Source: Pseudomonadota bacterium (GTDB lineage: Bacteria > Myxococcota > JACRCW01 > JAFGSX01). Taken from it: a DNA stretch of 64,000 nt. The translations under genes and the position numbers were made by a program. Below, in pieces: positions 37,341 through 47,882 of the stretch; the first letter of the stretch is position 1, and each line of letters starts with the position of its first letter. The notes under the pieces are model-generated. The model worked only from the letters and a program-made list of their open reading frames with translations. It was not told the DNA's origin and did not search any database. The stretch is taken from positions 160,001 through 224,000 of the forward strand of contig JBDRCO010000023.1 in assembly GCA_043821645.1 (NCBI GenBank), written 5' to 3'.

Positions 37341-39302
37341 CTAGCGCGCGCTCGAGGAAGTCCAGTCCGCCGAACTCACAAGCTCGAACGGCCCGCGCCC
37401 GCTGTCCCCCTGAAGGCTGTGCCCCTCCTCGAGGGTGCGGGCGAACTCACTGCCAACCCGCGACTCCCGCATGCGGCGGTACCCGTCGAGGATGTAGTCG
37501 ATCAAGCGCGGTGCCTCGGTCATCTGACTTTCCACGTCAGCCCTGCCGCGCAGCCACAGGGTCCACGACACCAGGCGCACAGAACCCTGGCCGTTGAGTT
37601 CGTGGAGTTCGAACAGCAGCGGTCCCTCGCCGGTCCAGGCCAGATCCAGCACAGGCACGTCGTCGAGCCCAAGATGATCCAAACCACCGCCCAGGCGGCG
37701 CAAGATCTCGTCGGGAGCGATCTCCTCGTCTGCTGCATCGCGCGCAGCAACCAGCCGCCAGCGACCGCCGAGGCTACGCTCGGCCCTGAGCCAGAAACCG
37801 TCCTCGAGGTCGCTGAGTTCTATCGCGGCTGGCGCACCTTCGCGCAGGTACAGCGAGACCCTCCGCCTGGGATCCTCCATCGGCGGTGGGGCACCCGCCC
37901 CCGACGCCATGAGAGCCGGGTGCTTGCTGCGGTAGCGCGGCATCGCGCTCACATCCCGGTTCGGGACCACAGTCAGGAAGCGAGGCTCACTCTGTGGAGC
38001 CACGCTGTTGCTGGGCATGAACACAGCATTGGAGCGAGCTGCCGCCTGGAAATAGCCCTCGTGACTCTTCAAACCGACCTCGAACACGAAGGTCCGGGCG
38101 GGCTGGTTCAAGGCCAGGTAGTACGAGCGGGTGTCACGCTCGATCGCGAGGTCGAAACAGCTGTGGGCGTTTCCACCGTCGAAGACTCGATGGGTCGTGT
38201 CGTAGCATCGGATCACGTACCAGGCCCACTTCCCGGCGTCACCGAGCCGTTCGCGCGCCTGGGCAATCGCCTGGTCCGTCATCTCGATGTACAGGTGCAC
38301 ACGTTCGGGATCCACGGCCATTCCCGTGACGCGATTCTCGCCATAGCCGTTGGCCAAAGGTTCCACCGCGTAGGGGTCGCCGCCCGGCCACGACCAGGGA
38401 CGATAGGGCTCCACGTGGCCGGCGGGATCGGTCGAGGCTACGGTGGGGTCGTCGGCTGTACCGGCCGGGGGCATCGGGATGACATGTTCGCGGGCCGCTT
38501 CTTCGTCGAGCGCGCGCTGCTCCTGCACTGCTGCGGGCTGGGTCGCAGATTTCCCGTGGCTGACCACGGGCGATGCAGCGACCTGCTGCGGCTCGCGAGA
38601 CGGCATCGCAGCTATGGCCGGTTCGCGATCGGTCCTGTCCTTTGTCGTCTGGCCCCTCACACGGCGCTTCTCGGCCAGGTCCTGCAGCCGACGCTCGGCG
38701 CGCTGCAGGGCTTCGATCTCGCGCCGCGCTGCTTCTCGACGCCGCCGAAGAATCTCCTCGGACACGGGATCGGTCGGCGCTGTGGTCGGGCGCTTGGTTT
38801 TCATCGAAGAACTCCTCGGTGCTGCGCTGTCCGCACGTTCGATGCCGCTCTCGTCGTCAGGAGCTGTGCTGACATCGGAGGGGAATGTCCCGGACGGGTG
38901 GAGTGCGACGGCTTTCTCGGGTGCCGCAGCCTTCTTGGGTGCCGCAGCCTTCTTGGATGCCGCAGCTTTCTTGGGCGCCGCAGCTTTCTTGGGCACCGCA
39001 GCTTTCTTGGGCACCGCAGCTTTCTTGGGCGCCGCGGCTTTCTTGGGCACCGCAGCTTTCTTGGGCGCCGCGGCTTTCTTGGGCGCCGCAGCTTTCTTGG
39101 GCGCCGCAGCCTTCTTGGGTACCGCAGCTTTCTTGGGTACAGCAGCCTTCTTGGGTACCGCAGCCTTCTTGGGTACAGCAGCCTTCTTGGGCGCTGCATC
39201 CTTCTTGGGCGCGGCAGTCTTCTTGGGCGCGGCCACTGGCAACCCACTTCGCTTCACGGACACCTGCTCCGCCTCACGCACACGATTCTGTTGCTTGACC
39301 AT
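37341..39302 (-). CDS. DUF4912-domain protein with histone H1-like N-terminal repeats
   Basis: GYGENRV..MAVDP..YDTT..F....H..FD..RSN (DUF4912-like); adjacent to GH57; GGAG RBS before ATG 39302. Confidence 0.8.
   Translation of the reverse strand: MVKQQNRVREAEQVSVKRSGLPVAAPKKTAAPKKDAAPKKAAVPKKAAVPKKAAVPKKAAVPKKAAAPKKAAAPKKAAAPKKAAVPKKAAAPKKAAVPKKAAVPKKAAAPKKAAASKKAAAPKKAAAPEKAVALHPSGTFPSDVSTAPDDESGIERADSAAPRSSSMKTKRPTTAPTDPVSEEILRRRREAARREIEALQRAERRLQDLAEKRRVRGQTTKDRTDREPAIAAMPSREPQQVAASPVVSHGKSATQPAAVQEQRALDEEAAREHVIPMPPAGTADDPTVASTDPAGHVEPYRPWSWPGGDPYAVEPLANGYGENRVTGMAVDPERVHLYIEMTDQAIAQARERLGDAGKWAWYVIRCYDTTHRVFDGGNAHSCFDLAIERDTRSYYLALNQPARTFVFEVGLKSHEGYFQAAARSNAVFMPSNSVAPQSEPRFLTVVPNRDVSAMPRYRSKHPALMASGAGAPPPMEDPRRRVSLYLREGAPAAIELSDLEDGFWLRAERSLGGRWRLVAARDAADEEIAPDEILRRLGGGLDHLGLDDVPVLDLAWTGEGPLLFELHELNGQGSVRLVSWTLWLRGRADVESQMTEAPRLIDYILDGYRRMRESRVGSEFARTLEEGHSLQGDSGRGPFELVSSADWTSSSAR
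38904..39227 (-). repeat. 18-bp tandem repeat x18 encoding PKKAA(A/V)
   Basis: Unit GCCGCAGCTTTCTTGGGC (plus strand) with variants; 18 hexapeptide units counted. Confidence 0.95.
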
Positions 39303-39452
39303 GATCTTGCTCCGACTGGCGCAGAGATCCCGCCCCCTGGCCGAGATCAGCCCCACTCCTGCCACGGGCCCAGTGTCAGATTTGCACAGGGATAGGCGCG
39401 GGCAAGCGCTAACTCGCAGCGTCAGGCTGGGTCAAGCCCGGCCTGGCCGCCA

Positions 39453-40457
39453 TCATGCGGCATCGATCTCCGTGGCCAGCTGGGACAGTCCCGCGTCGTC
39501 CGGAAACAAACCACGTGCCTCTAGCACGAGTTCCTTGGCACGGTCGCGTTGCCCCGATGACGTCAGAGCCACGACATGATTCGCAAAAGCCACGGGGTCA
39601 TCGCCAGCCGTGGCCAGCACCAGTCGCGTCGCGTCGAGCGCGATATCCACCGAACCGACGCTCAGCGCCGAGCGGGCGAGCACCTCAAGCAGCGGTCTCG
39701 ACGACGGATGCCAGGCCAGGCCGCGCTTGGCCACGGCCATGGCCTCAAGCGGCTGACCACCCAGCACGAGCAACGCTGCGAAGCGCTCCCAGGCCTGGGC
39801 CAGCCGTGGCGAGTCGTCGATGGCAGCCTCGAAAAGCGTTCCTGCCCTGGCCACGTCCCCTGCAGCCATCAACACCTGCCCGAGCTGCAGGCGAGCCAGG
39901 GCATGGTCGGGATAGTCACGGCACAACCCCACCAGCAGGTCATGGGCTCCCTGCAAGTCTCCGTTCTGCGCCTTGTGCAAGGCCGACAGGTAGCGCGCCA
40001 GCTCGTGTCGCGGATGGCGCTCGAGCACCCCGTCCAGCATCTTGACTGCCTGGGCACTGGCCCCGGAGACCAGCAGGATCGAAGCATGGGCGGCGACCAC
40101 GGCGTCGTGCGAACGCGCCTCGTCGTCGAGCGCGCCAACGAATTCGTGTGCCTCGGTCAGGTCCCCCGACAGCATCAGCCAGAACACCCGGCAACCAGTG
40201 AGGTGGTGGGCGTCACGCCCTTCGAGTTCGAGTCCTTCCATGCGCGCGGCGGACTCCTCGAGGTCACCGCGGCGCAAAGCGGCATACACATCCTGCACAC
40301 CCTCGGGCACGAGTGGCGGCGGATCCGGCACCTCGGACTCGGCCATGCGTAGCAAGCCACGGCCGGGTACATCCACGAAGCGCTTGATGATAACGGAACT
40401 TTGTTCAGTTTCTGCCACGAGGTGTTCCCACAGCCCCTTGTCGAGTGCGCGCACCAT
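39453..40457 (-). CDS. Tetratricopeptide repeat protein
   Basis: Repeated helical A..L....P units (RHPRHELARY, DYPDHALARLQLG); GAGG RBS. Confidence 0.8.
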   Translation of the reverse strand: MVRALDKGLWEHLVAETEQSSVIIKRFVDVPGRGLLRMAESEVPDPPPLVPEGVQDVYAALRRGDLEESAARMEGLELEGRDAHHLTGCRVFWLMLSGDLTEAHEFVGALDDEARSHDAVVAAHASILLVSGASAQAVKMLDGVLERHPRHELARYLSALHKAQNGDLQGAHDLLVGLCRDYPDHALARLQLGQVLMAAGDVARAGTLFEAAIDDSPRLAQAWERFAALLVLGGQPLEAMAVAKRGLAWHPSSRPLLEVLARSALSVGSVDIALDATRLVLATAGDDPVAFANHVVALTSSGQRDRAKELVLEARGLFPDDAGLSQLATEIDAA

Positions 40458-40594
40458 AGCACCCTCTGACGCAAAGCAACATGGCGGGCGGAGAGCGCCG
40501 GCAAAAAATTGGACCGAGGCGAGATCCAGTCGTAACCTGGATCCACCCTGCCCCAACAGCCGCCAGGTGGCGACGGGAGGGTCCGGAGGACGAC

Positions 40595-40768
40595 ATGTTG
40601 ACCCGACTGGTGACCCTGCACAGCTCGCTCACGGCCACCGCCACCGAAACATTGCCGCGTTCGCGTCCCGAGGCCAGCCAGGCAACCACCCCGTCCGTCC
40701 CCCTGGATCCCCTGCGCCCGGACGAGCTGCGGAGCGTGGTGAAAAGCGCTCGGTCGCGCTGGTCCTGA
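40595..40768 (+). CDS. Small hypothetical protein (57 aa)
   Basis: GGAGGACGAC-ATG; fills the intergenic gap upstream of map. Confidence 0.45.
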   Translation: MLTRLVTLHSSLTATATETLPRSRPEASQATTPSVPLDPLRPDELRSVVKSARSRWS

Positions 40769-40855
40769 ACATCCCGGGCGGCTTGCCACCACTGGTCATC
40801 GACGGTGGCGGGGGTTATAGCTGGTGCCTGGCACAGCCCGAGCGGGAGATCCGAC

Positions 40856-41671
40856 GTGTCCTTCGGTGATCGTCAGAGTGAGATAGAGATCAAGAGTCGC
40901 GAGGAGATCGCGCTCATGCGCGAGAGCTGCCAGCTGGCAGCCGATGTCCTGGTGATGATCGAACCACTGGTTCTTCCAGGAGTGACCACCGGGGAGATCG
41001 ATCGCATCTGCCATGCGTACATCCTCGCCCACGGCGCCATCCCTTCACCTCTCGGATACCGCGGCTTCCCCAAGGCAACCTGCACCTCGATCAACGAGGT
41101 CGTCTGCCACGGCATCCCGTCGTTCGAGCGACAGCTCAAGGACGGCGACATCATCAACATCGACATCACCACCACGCTGCACGGCTTTCACGGCGACACC
41201 TCCAAGACCTTCTACGTGGGAACCCCGGCCGCGCGCACGCGACACCTGGTCGAGACCACCCGCGAGTGCTTGCGCCGCGCCGTCGAGGTGGTGAGGCCCG
41301 GGGCTCGCGTGGGGGACATCGGACACGCGATCCAGACCCATGCCGAGGGCCATGGCTGCTCGGTCGTGCGCGACTTCGTGGGACACGGGCTCGGCCGGGA
41401 GTTTCACTGCGCCCCGGAGGTCCCGCACTTTGGCAAGCCCGGGCGAGGACCGCGGCTGCGCCCCGGCATGACCTTCACCATCGAGCCGATGATCAACCTC
41501 GGCGACTGGCACATCGAGATCCTTGAGGACGACTGGACCGCGGTGACCCGCGATGGTTCGCTCAGTGCCCAGTTCGAGCACACCCTTCTGGTCACGGAAC
41601 GTGGCGTGGACATCATGACTCAGCCCACGGGTCGTGCGGACCGAGCCCAGCCCGCTTCTCCCTCGACCTGA
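40856..41671 (+). CDS. map: Type I methionine aminopeptidase
   Basis: CTSINEVVCHGIP, GDIINID, HGDTS, GHGLG, FTIEPMIN, SAQFEHT. Confidence 0.95.
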   Translation: MSFGDRQSEIEIKSREEIALMRESCQLAADVLVMIEPLVLPGVTTGEIDRICHAYILAHGAIPSPLGYRGFPKATCTSINEVVCHGIPSFERQLKDGDIINIDITTTLHGFHGDTSKTFYVGTPAARTRHLVETTRECLRRAVEVVRPGARVGDIGHAIQTHAEGHGCSVVRDFVGHGLGREFHCAPEVPHFGKPGRGPRLRPGMTFTIEPMINLGDWHIEILEDDWTAVTRDGSLSAQFEHTLLVTERGVDIMTQPTGRADRAQPASPST

Positions 41672-41672
41672 T

Positions 41673-42626
41673 CTAGGGCTGCAGACAGGTGCTCAGCAGC
41701 TCCGCGCAGAACCCTCCCGGACAATCGCCCGACAGGCAGTCCCCGTCGACGCTGCACAGGTCACCCGGCTCTCGCAACGCAACGCAAAGGCCGCTCACCG
41801 CGTCGCATGCTCCCGAGGCGCAGTGCGTGCTGCTGCCGCACACCTCGCCCAGCAGGGCGTCGCGGTAACAGGTGCCTCCCAGGCACGTGCTGCGATACTT
41901 GCATCGGTGCTCGGCGTCACAGGTGCTCCCTGGATCCACGAACTGCCGGGCCACGCAGATCCCACCCTGACAGGTGGCGCCGGCGATGCAGCGCTGCGGG
42001 TTGCCACAGACCTCGCCAGGCAGGGCCGGTCCGAGACACATGTCGTCGACGCAGAGGTCTGGATACCGACAGCGCACATCCCCAGCGCAGCTCCCCCCCG
42101 TGTCTGCGACAGGATCACAGGTCCCGCACAGGCTCAGGCTGACGGTGCAGCTTGTCCCGACACCGCAGACGAAAGAATCGAAGCTCACACCGCAGGCTTC
42201 GCCCTGGCCCCGGGTCCCCATCCAGATGTTCCTGCACCCACCCTCCAGATCCAGCAGGTGGTGCTCGCAGGGGACCTGCGCCAGGTACGCCGAGCACGCA
42301 TCGAGGCCTGGAGCGGACAGCTCGAGCCAGCCCGCCTCGGCAAGCGCCCGGTAGCGGGGTTCATAAAGCTGCTCGCAGGTTTCCAGGAAAGTCGACCGAC
42401 ACGCCTCCTGCGTGCTCTCGGCGATGCGCCCGCAACGCATGTAAAAGGGGCAGAACACGTCGACGGCACGCTCGCAGTACTGGGCCACTGGCACGCTGGC
42501 GTCCCCGGTGGGCAGGCCTGCGTCGCCGCCAGCCGCGTCGTGCACCTCGGAGACCTGGAGACAGGCCGAGGCGCCCAGCACCAGCGCGATCGCCATCCCC
42601 TGCCACACGCGTCCTGGACCCAGCAT
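41673..42626 (-). CDS. Cys-rich putative lipoprotein
   Basis: Lipobox-like GASAC; many GExC...C repeats typical of myxobacterial surface proteins. Start uncertain. Confidence 0.75.
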   Translation of the reverse strand: MLGPGRVWQGMAIALVLGASACLQVSEVHDAAGGDAGLPTGDASVPVAQYCERAVDVFCPFYMRCGRIAESTQEACRSTFLETCEQLYEPRYRALAEAGWLELSAPGLDACSAYLAQVPCEHHLLDLEGGCRNIWMGTRGQGEACGVSFDSFVCGVGTSCTVSLSLCGTCDPVADTGGSCAGDVRCRYPDLCVDDMCLGPALPGEVCGNPQRCIAGATCQGGICVARQFVDPGSTCDAEHRCKYRSTCLGGTCYRDALLGEVCGSSTHCASGACDAVSGLCVALREPGDLCSVDGDCLSGDCPGGFCAELLSTCLQP

Positions 42627-42644
42627 GAGGTGGCCTCGTGTTTC

Positions 42645-42673
42645 TTGCTCGTCCCTGGGACCCTCCTTATACT
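42645..42673 (+). promoter_or_regulatory. Sigma70-type promoter for panC (near-leaderless)
   Basis: TTGCTC-N17-TATACT, 8 nt before ATG 42682. Confidence 0.45.
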
Positions 42674-42681
42674 TCCTCGCC

Positions 42682-43692
42682 ATGGCACGCTCCAGTCGCA
42701 GCACTCCAGTTCCCTCGACGACGAAGAAGCCTGGTCCACGAGCGCGCAAGGCCGGGTCCACGCCATCTCCGGCCACGAAAACGCGACCCTCGACCAGCCA
42801 CCCGCGCCGGGCACCGAGTCGGCGCCGCGCAGAGCCCAAGCTCCAGGTCATCGAGAGCCCGCCGCTGATGCAAGCCGCGGCGGTTGCCCTGCGGCGCGCC
42901 ATGAGCACCATCGGCTTCGTGCCCACCATGGGCGCCCTGCATGAGGCGCATCTGATGCTCCTGCGCGAGGCCAGGCGGCGGTGTGATGTGCTGGTGGCCA
43001 GCATCTTCGTCAACCCCAAGCAATTTGATCGGCCCGACGACCTTTGTGCCTATCCGCGGCAGCTCGAGGCAGACCGCCTGTCCTGCGAGGCCGCCGGCGT
43101 GGACATCCTGTTTGCACCGAGTGTGGAGCACATGTATCCGTCGGGTTTCGACACTACGATCCACATCGACACATTGGCTCGCGGCCTGTGCGGTGCATCG
43201 CGCCCAGGACACTTCGACGGCATGGCAACGGTGGTCACCAAGCTCCTGAACATCGTGCGCCCTCACGTCGCTGTCTTCGGTGACAAGGACTATCAGCAGT
43301 TGCAGATCGTGCGTCGGCTGGTGCACGACCTGTCGCTCCCCGTCGAGATCCTGGGGATGCCCGTGATGCGCGAGGTCGATGGACTGGCCATGAGTTCGCG
43401 CAACCAGCGTCTGTCGGTCGAGGCCCGGAGCCAGGCCACGGCACTGTATCGCGCCATCGAGGCAGCCCAGCGCGCTGTCGAGCAGGGAGAGACCCGCGCC
43501 ACCGTCCTGATCGATCGCGCCCGCATCGAGCTGAAGCGGCGTCCCCTCGTGCGCGAGGACTACCTACAGGTGGTGAACCCTCAGACCCTGGAACCGCTCG
43601 AGAAACTGGCCAGCGATGCGCGAATTCTCGTCGCTGCTTTTCTCGGTGAGGTCCGTCTGATCGACAACGGGCCCCTGTTCCTCCCCACATGA
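42682..43692 (+). CDS. panC: Pantoate--beta-alanine ligase
   Basis: FVPTMGALH, SIFVNPKQF, SRPGHFDG, KDYQQ, GLAMSSRN, RLIDN. Confidence 0.93.
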   Translation: MARSSRSTPVPSTTKKPGPRARKAGSTPSPATKTRPSTSHPRRAPSRRRAEPKLQVIESPPLMQAAAVALRRAMSTIGFVPTMGALHEAHLMLLREARRRCDVLVASIFVNPKQFDRPDDLCAYPRQLEADRLSCEAAGVDILFAPSVEHMYPSGFDTTIHIDTLARGLCGASRPGHFDGMATVVTKLLNIVRPHVAVFGDKDYQQLQIVRRLVHDLSLPVEILGMPVMREVDGLAMSSRNQRLSVEARSQATALYRAIEAAQRAVEQGETRATVLIDRARIELKRRPLVREDYLQVVNPQTLEPLEKLASDARILVAAFLGEVRLIDNGPLFLPT

Positions 43693-43702
43693 AGTCTGTG
43701 TG

Positions 43703-44686
43703 TCAGGCCGGGTTGTCGACGGAATCCAGCGCTTCGAGCGCAATGCGCTGACCACCGTGATCCAGGGACCACTGCATGGCGGTCAGCACGCGGATGACCT
43801 CCAGTCCAGAGAGGCCATCGACTGGTGATGCGCGACCATGTTCCACGGCGTCGAGAAAGGATTCGAGTTCGGCCAGAAGCGGCGGAGAACCCTGGACCTG
43901 CTCGGCGCGGGATGAACCGTCAGCGAGGGTCAGGTTCACCGAACGCTTTTCAGCGGCATCGTCGAACACCGCCACGCCTCCGTCGCCACTGGCGCTCACC
44001 CTGCGGATCTTGAGCGCGCCATGCCAGGACACTCGGATGCGCCCCACCACATCGCCCGGGTACCACAGCGTCGCCGTCGCCACCGAGACTCTGTGGAAAG
44101 GCGGCAGGACCGCTCCCGTGGCAGCCACAGCCACCGGGCTTTGTCCCACCCAGCTGTTCAGGATCGAAAGGTCGTGGGTTCCCAGGTCCCACAGCACGTC
44201 CACGTCGGGCTGTCGGGCAGGCACGCTGGTGCGATCGGCGTCGACAACCCGCAATACACCGAGGTCCCCGTGTGAGATCCGCTCCCGGACATCAAGAACT
44301 CCGGGCATGAACACACAGATGTGCCCGACGCACAGCTGGCGGTCCCTTGCCCGGGCTGCCTCGACCAGCCTGCGCGCGCCTTCGAGCGTCGGAGCGAGAG
44401 GCTTCTCGACGAGGACATGGCGCCTCGCGTGCAAGCAGGCCAGCCCGAGATCGACGTGCGTCGACGCCGGGGAGGCGATGACCACGGCCTGCACACGGTC
44501 GTCCTGGAGAGCGAGTCCAAGCTCGGAGGCGATCTGGGCCTGCGGCGCCAGCTCATGCGCTCGCTCCCGGGCTGCGGCGTCTGGATCGATCACCCACAAC
44601 AGCTCCGCTCGGGACATACCGAGGAGTGTCCGGATGTGGTTCGGGCCCCATCGTCCGCTGCCGACGACCGCGACACCGATGGTCAC
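43703..44686 (-). CDS. Gfo/Idh/MocA family oxidoreductase
   Basis: VVGSGRWG, HVLVEKP, WDLGTHDLS. Confidence 0.88.
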   Translation of the reverse strand: MTIGVAVVGSGRWGPNHIRTLLGMSRAELLWVIDPDAAARERAHELAPQAQIASELGLALQDDRVQAVVIASPASTHVDLGLACLHARRHVLVEKPLAPTLEGARRLVEAARARDRQLCVGHICVFMPGVLDVRERISHGDLGVLRVVDADRTSVPARQPDVDVLWDLGTHDLSILNSWVGQSPVAVAATGAVLPPFHRVSVATATLWYPGDVVGRIRVSWHGALKIRRVSASGDGGVAVFDDAAEKRSVNLTLADGSSRAEQVQGSPPLLAELESFLDAVEHGRASPVDGLSGLEVIRVLTAMQWSLDHGGQRIALEALDSVDNPA

Positions 44687-44773
44687 GACGGCCTTTTATC
44701 GGAAGCAAGCACGCTGCTGCTCCTCGTCTTCATACCCTCGAGATCCCTGTGACGGTGCTGGCGGGGTGAAGAC

Positions 44774-46840
44774 CTAGTCACGCACGGGCACGGCCTTGAG
44801 GGCGGCCTTGCCAGCCTTGACGTAAACCTGGAAGCGAACCGTACGACATCCATACTTGCTGATGAGCTGCTCGCGGTTCTTGTGCAGCTTGACCAGAAAA
44901 CGATCATAGGAGAGGTCCGAGATGGCCTCCCCGCATTCCTTGCGGGTGGCAATGAACTGCTCGTACACCTCCTTGAAGTGTGCCTCGTCAGGATCCACAG
45001 AAGGACCACGGATGGCAGCCTGCAGGAGATCGTCCGGGATGGCGGCAACCACGGTGGCGTCCGGATTGTAGGGCTCGGCTGCCGGTGCTGCGTAGGATGG
45101 GGGGGCGGCACTCGATGCGGACGCGGCGAGGAGTTCCTCGGGGACCTGCACCATCACCGTGCGCTCTGGATTCCACTCCGAAGGCTGGGCCGACGGGGGG
45201 GCCACGGCGGGTGTCGGAGGTATCGATCGCGGAGCCGCGGCGGGGGGCGGAGGCGTCGAGCGCGGAGCCGCAACGGGCGTCGGAGGCTTCGAGGGCCGTG
45301 ACGGAGAGGCGAAGCTGCCCGAGGATAGCGAGGCCATGAAATCAGCGGCGGAGTCCTCCTCGCTGCCGGTGGAGGCCACCGTCGCAGGTGGCGCGACCGG
45401 GCGTAGCGACGGAGAAGATGCCGGGGGAGTCGAACGTGGGGACGCATCTTGCCCGGGCAAAGACAGAGGCGCCGAGGCCATCCCATCCATGGGCTCCGCA
45501 TCGTCGAACAGCGACGCGATGCCGGATTGCCCGCCGTCATCTGGAAGCGGTTGAAAAGCGTCCAGGGGCAGGCTCGCAACGGGTTCATCCTCCGCCGCCT
45601 CAGCACCGCTGCTCGATGGATTCGACAGGCCGGCGATGCCAGCGAACTGAAAGTCACCCGTGGCCATCGGAGCTGCCTCGGGTGCACTGCCAAGCACGTT
45701 GCTCAGGTCATCTCGGGATGCTGCTGTCCTCTGTGTCACCGGAACGCGGGTGATGAGCATGTTGATGAGCTTGCCCAGCCGAGTGTAGGGGTCCTTGAGG
45801 ATGATCTCGGGGAGCACGCCGACGTTGGCTCCCTGCTGCACGCCACTGAGATGCTCGACCATCATTGCCAGAGGTTTGCTCACCACGCCGCGAATGCTCA
45901 GTCCCCAGGCCAGGCTCAACAAGACGAGCAGGATGGTTGCCGAAAGAATCAAGATCTGTCGCTGGGCCACATCGGAGAAGAGCAGACCGTGAGGGACATT
46001 GACCGCGAGCTGAAGCTGCGATGGCCAGCCCCGGGTCGATGTCGCCGTACCGACGAACTGACCGAGATCGGGTGCAAGCAGGGGAAGCGGCGCGTAGGGC
46101 GACGGGTTTGCCCCGTACACCGTGGGCTCGCTGCTCGCCGGAATGGTGGCTGCCTGATCCAGCACGAAGCTCTGACCCAGTGGGCGCCCGTTCCAGAGCA
46201 AGGCGATTCCTGACTCGATCCCACCCTCGAGACGCGGCATCTTGCTCGCGATGGCGGTGATCCGCGCGGGCCCGAGCTTGAAGCCGGCAATCACACCACC
46301 AACGACCTGGCCATTGCCCAGGCTCGCGGCGGCCGCCACGGCATACTCGCCATCCTCGAGCACCCACACACCGTCGAGGGCAGCACCGCCGAGCATCGTC
46401 GAGACCAGGGGAATGCCCGCCACCGAATCGGAGCGATCCTGTGGAGCATTGCTGCGCAGCAGGACACGCCCTTCGGCATTGACCACCAGGATCCATTCCG
46501 GTCGGCCGGCACCGTCGATGTTTTCTCTCCACCCGTTCAACGCAGGCAGCAGGTTTGCGACAGCCTCGTCGATGAGCTTGCGCTGATCCTGCGGGTTTGC
46601 CTGGCGAAGGTCGGTCAGCGGGATCCGAATCATGTCCCCGTTGGCGAGCTCGATGGTGCGGTTGACATTGTCGAGCGCCCACTGATCCAGGGCGAGCTCG
46701 GCCGCGGCCCGCACAGCCACGAGCTGTGCGTCGATGAGCTGCTCGCGGTCCTGCAGCAGAGCCTGGGTCTCACCCACGAACGACGCAGCACCCCCGATCA
46801 GAAGGATGACCGAGAGTGAGTAAATCTGAAATCGGAACAT
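44774..46840 (-). CDS. MXAN_5187-like membrane protein (Cache-like periplasmic region, Pro/Ser-rich linker, conserved C-terminal domain)
   Basis: Two TMs; C-terminal HFKEVYEQFIATRKECGE..F..KL..VRFQVYVKAGKAALKA. Confidence 0.8.
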   Translation of the reverse strand: MFRFQIYSLSVILLIGGAASFVGETQALLQDREQLIDAQLVAVRAAAELALDQWALDNVNRTIELANGDMIRIPLTDLRQANPQDQRKLIDEAVANLLPALNGWRENIDGAGRPEWILVVNAEGRVLLRSNAPQDRSDSVAGIPLVSTMLGGAALDGVWVLEDGEYAVAAAASLGNGQVVGGVIAGFKLGPARITAIASKMPRLEGGIESGIALLWNGRPLGQSFVLDQAATIPASSEPTVYGANPSPYAPLPLLAPDLGQFVGTATSTRGWPSQLQLAVNVPHGLLFSDVAQRQILILSATILLVLLSLAWGLSIRGVVSKPLAMMVEHLSGVQQGANVGVLPEIILKDPYTRLGKLINMLITRVPVTQRTAASRDDLSNVLGSAPEAAPMATGDFQFAGIAGLSNPSSSGAEAAEDEPVASLPLDAFQPLPDDGGQSGIASLFDDAEPMDGMASAPLSLPGQDASPRSTPPASSPSLRPVAPPATVASTGSEEDSAADFMASLSSGSFASPSRPSKPPTPVAAPRSTPPPPAAAPRSIPPTPAVAPPSAQPSEWNPERTVMVQVPEELLAASASSAAPPSYAAPAAEPYNPDATVVAAIPDDLLQAAIRGPSVDPDEAHFKEVYEQFIATRKECGEAISDLSYDRFLVKLHKNREQLISKYGCRTVRFQVYVKAGKAALKAVPVRD

Positions 46841-46872
46841 GGTGTGAATCCGTCCTTAGCGTGACGACGTCG

Positions 46873-47826
<954 letters not shown>

Positions 47827-47854
47827 GGGTGATTTCGCCTTGTTGACCCGAGCC

Positions 47855-47882
47855 ATGATATCCCCGACGGGTGGCCAGTCAA
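47855..47882 (-). promoter_or_regulatory. Sigma70-type promoter
   Basis: TTGACT-N16-TATCAT. Confidence 0.4.

Noticed and set aside
38904-39227. Repeat array as CRISPR
   Set aside because: Contiguous in-frame 18-bp units with no spacers and no cas genes.
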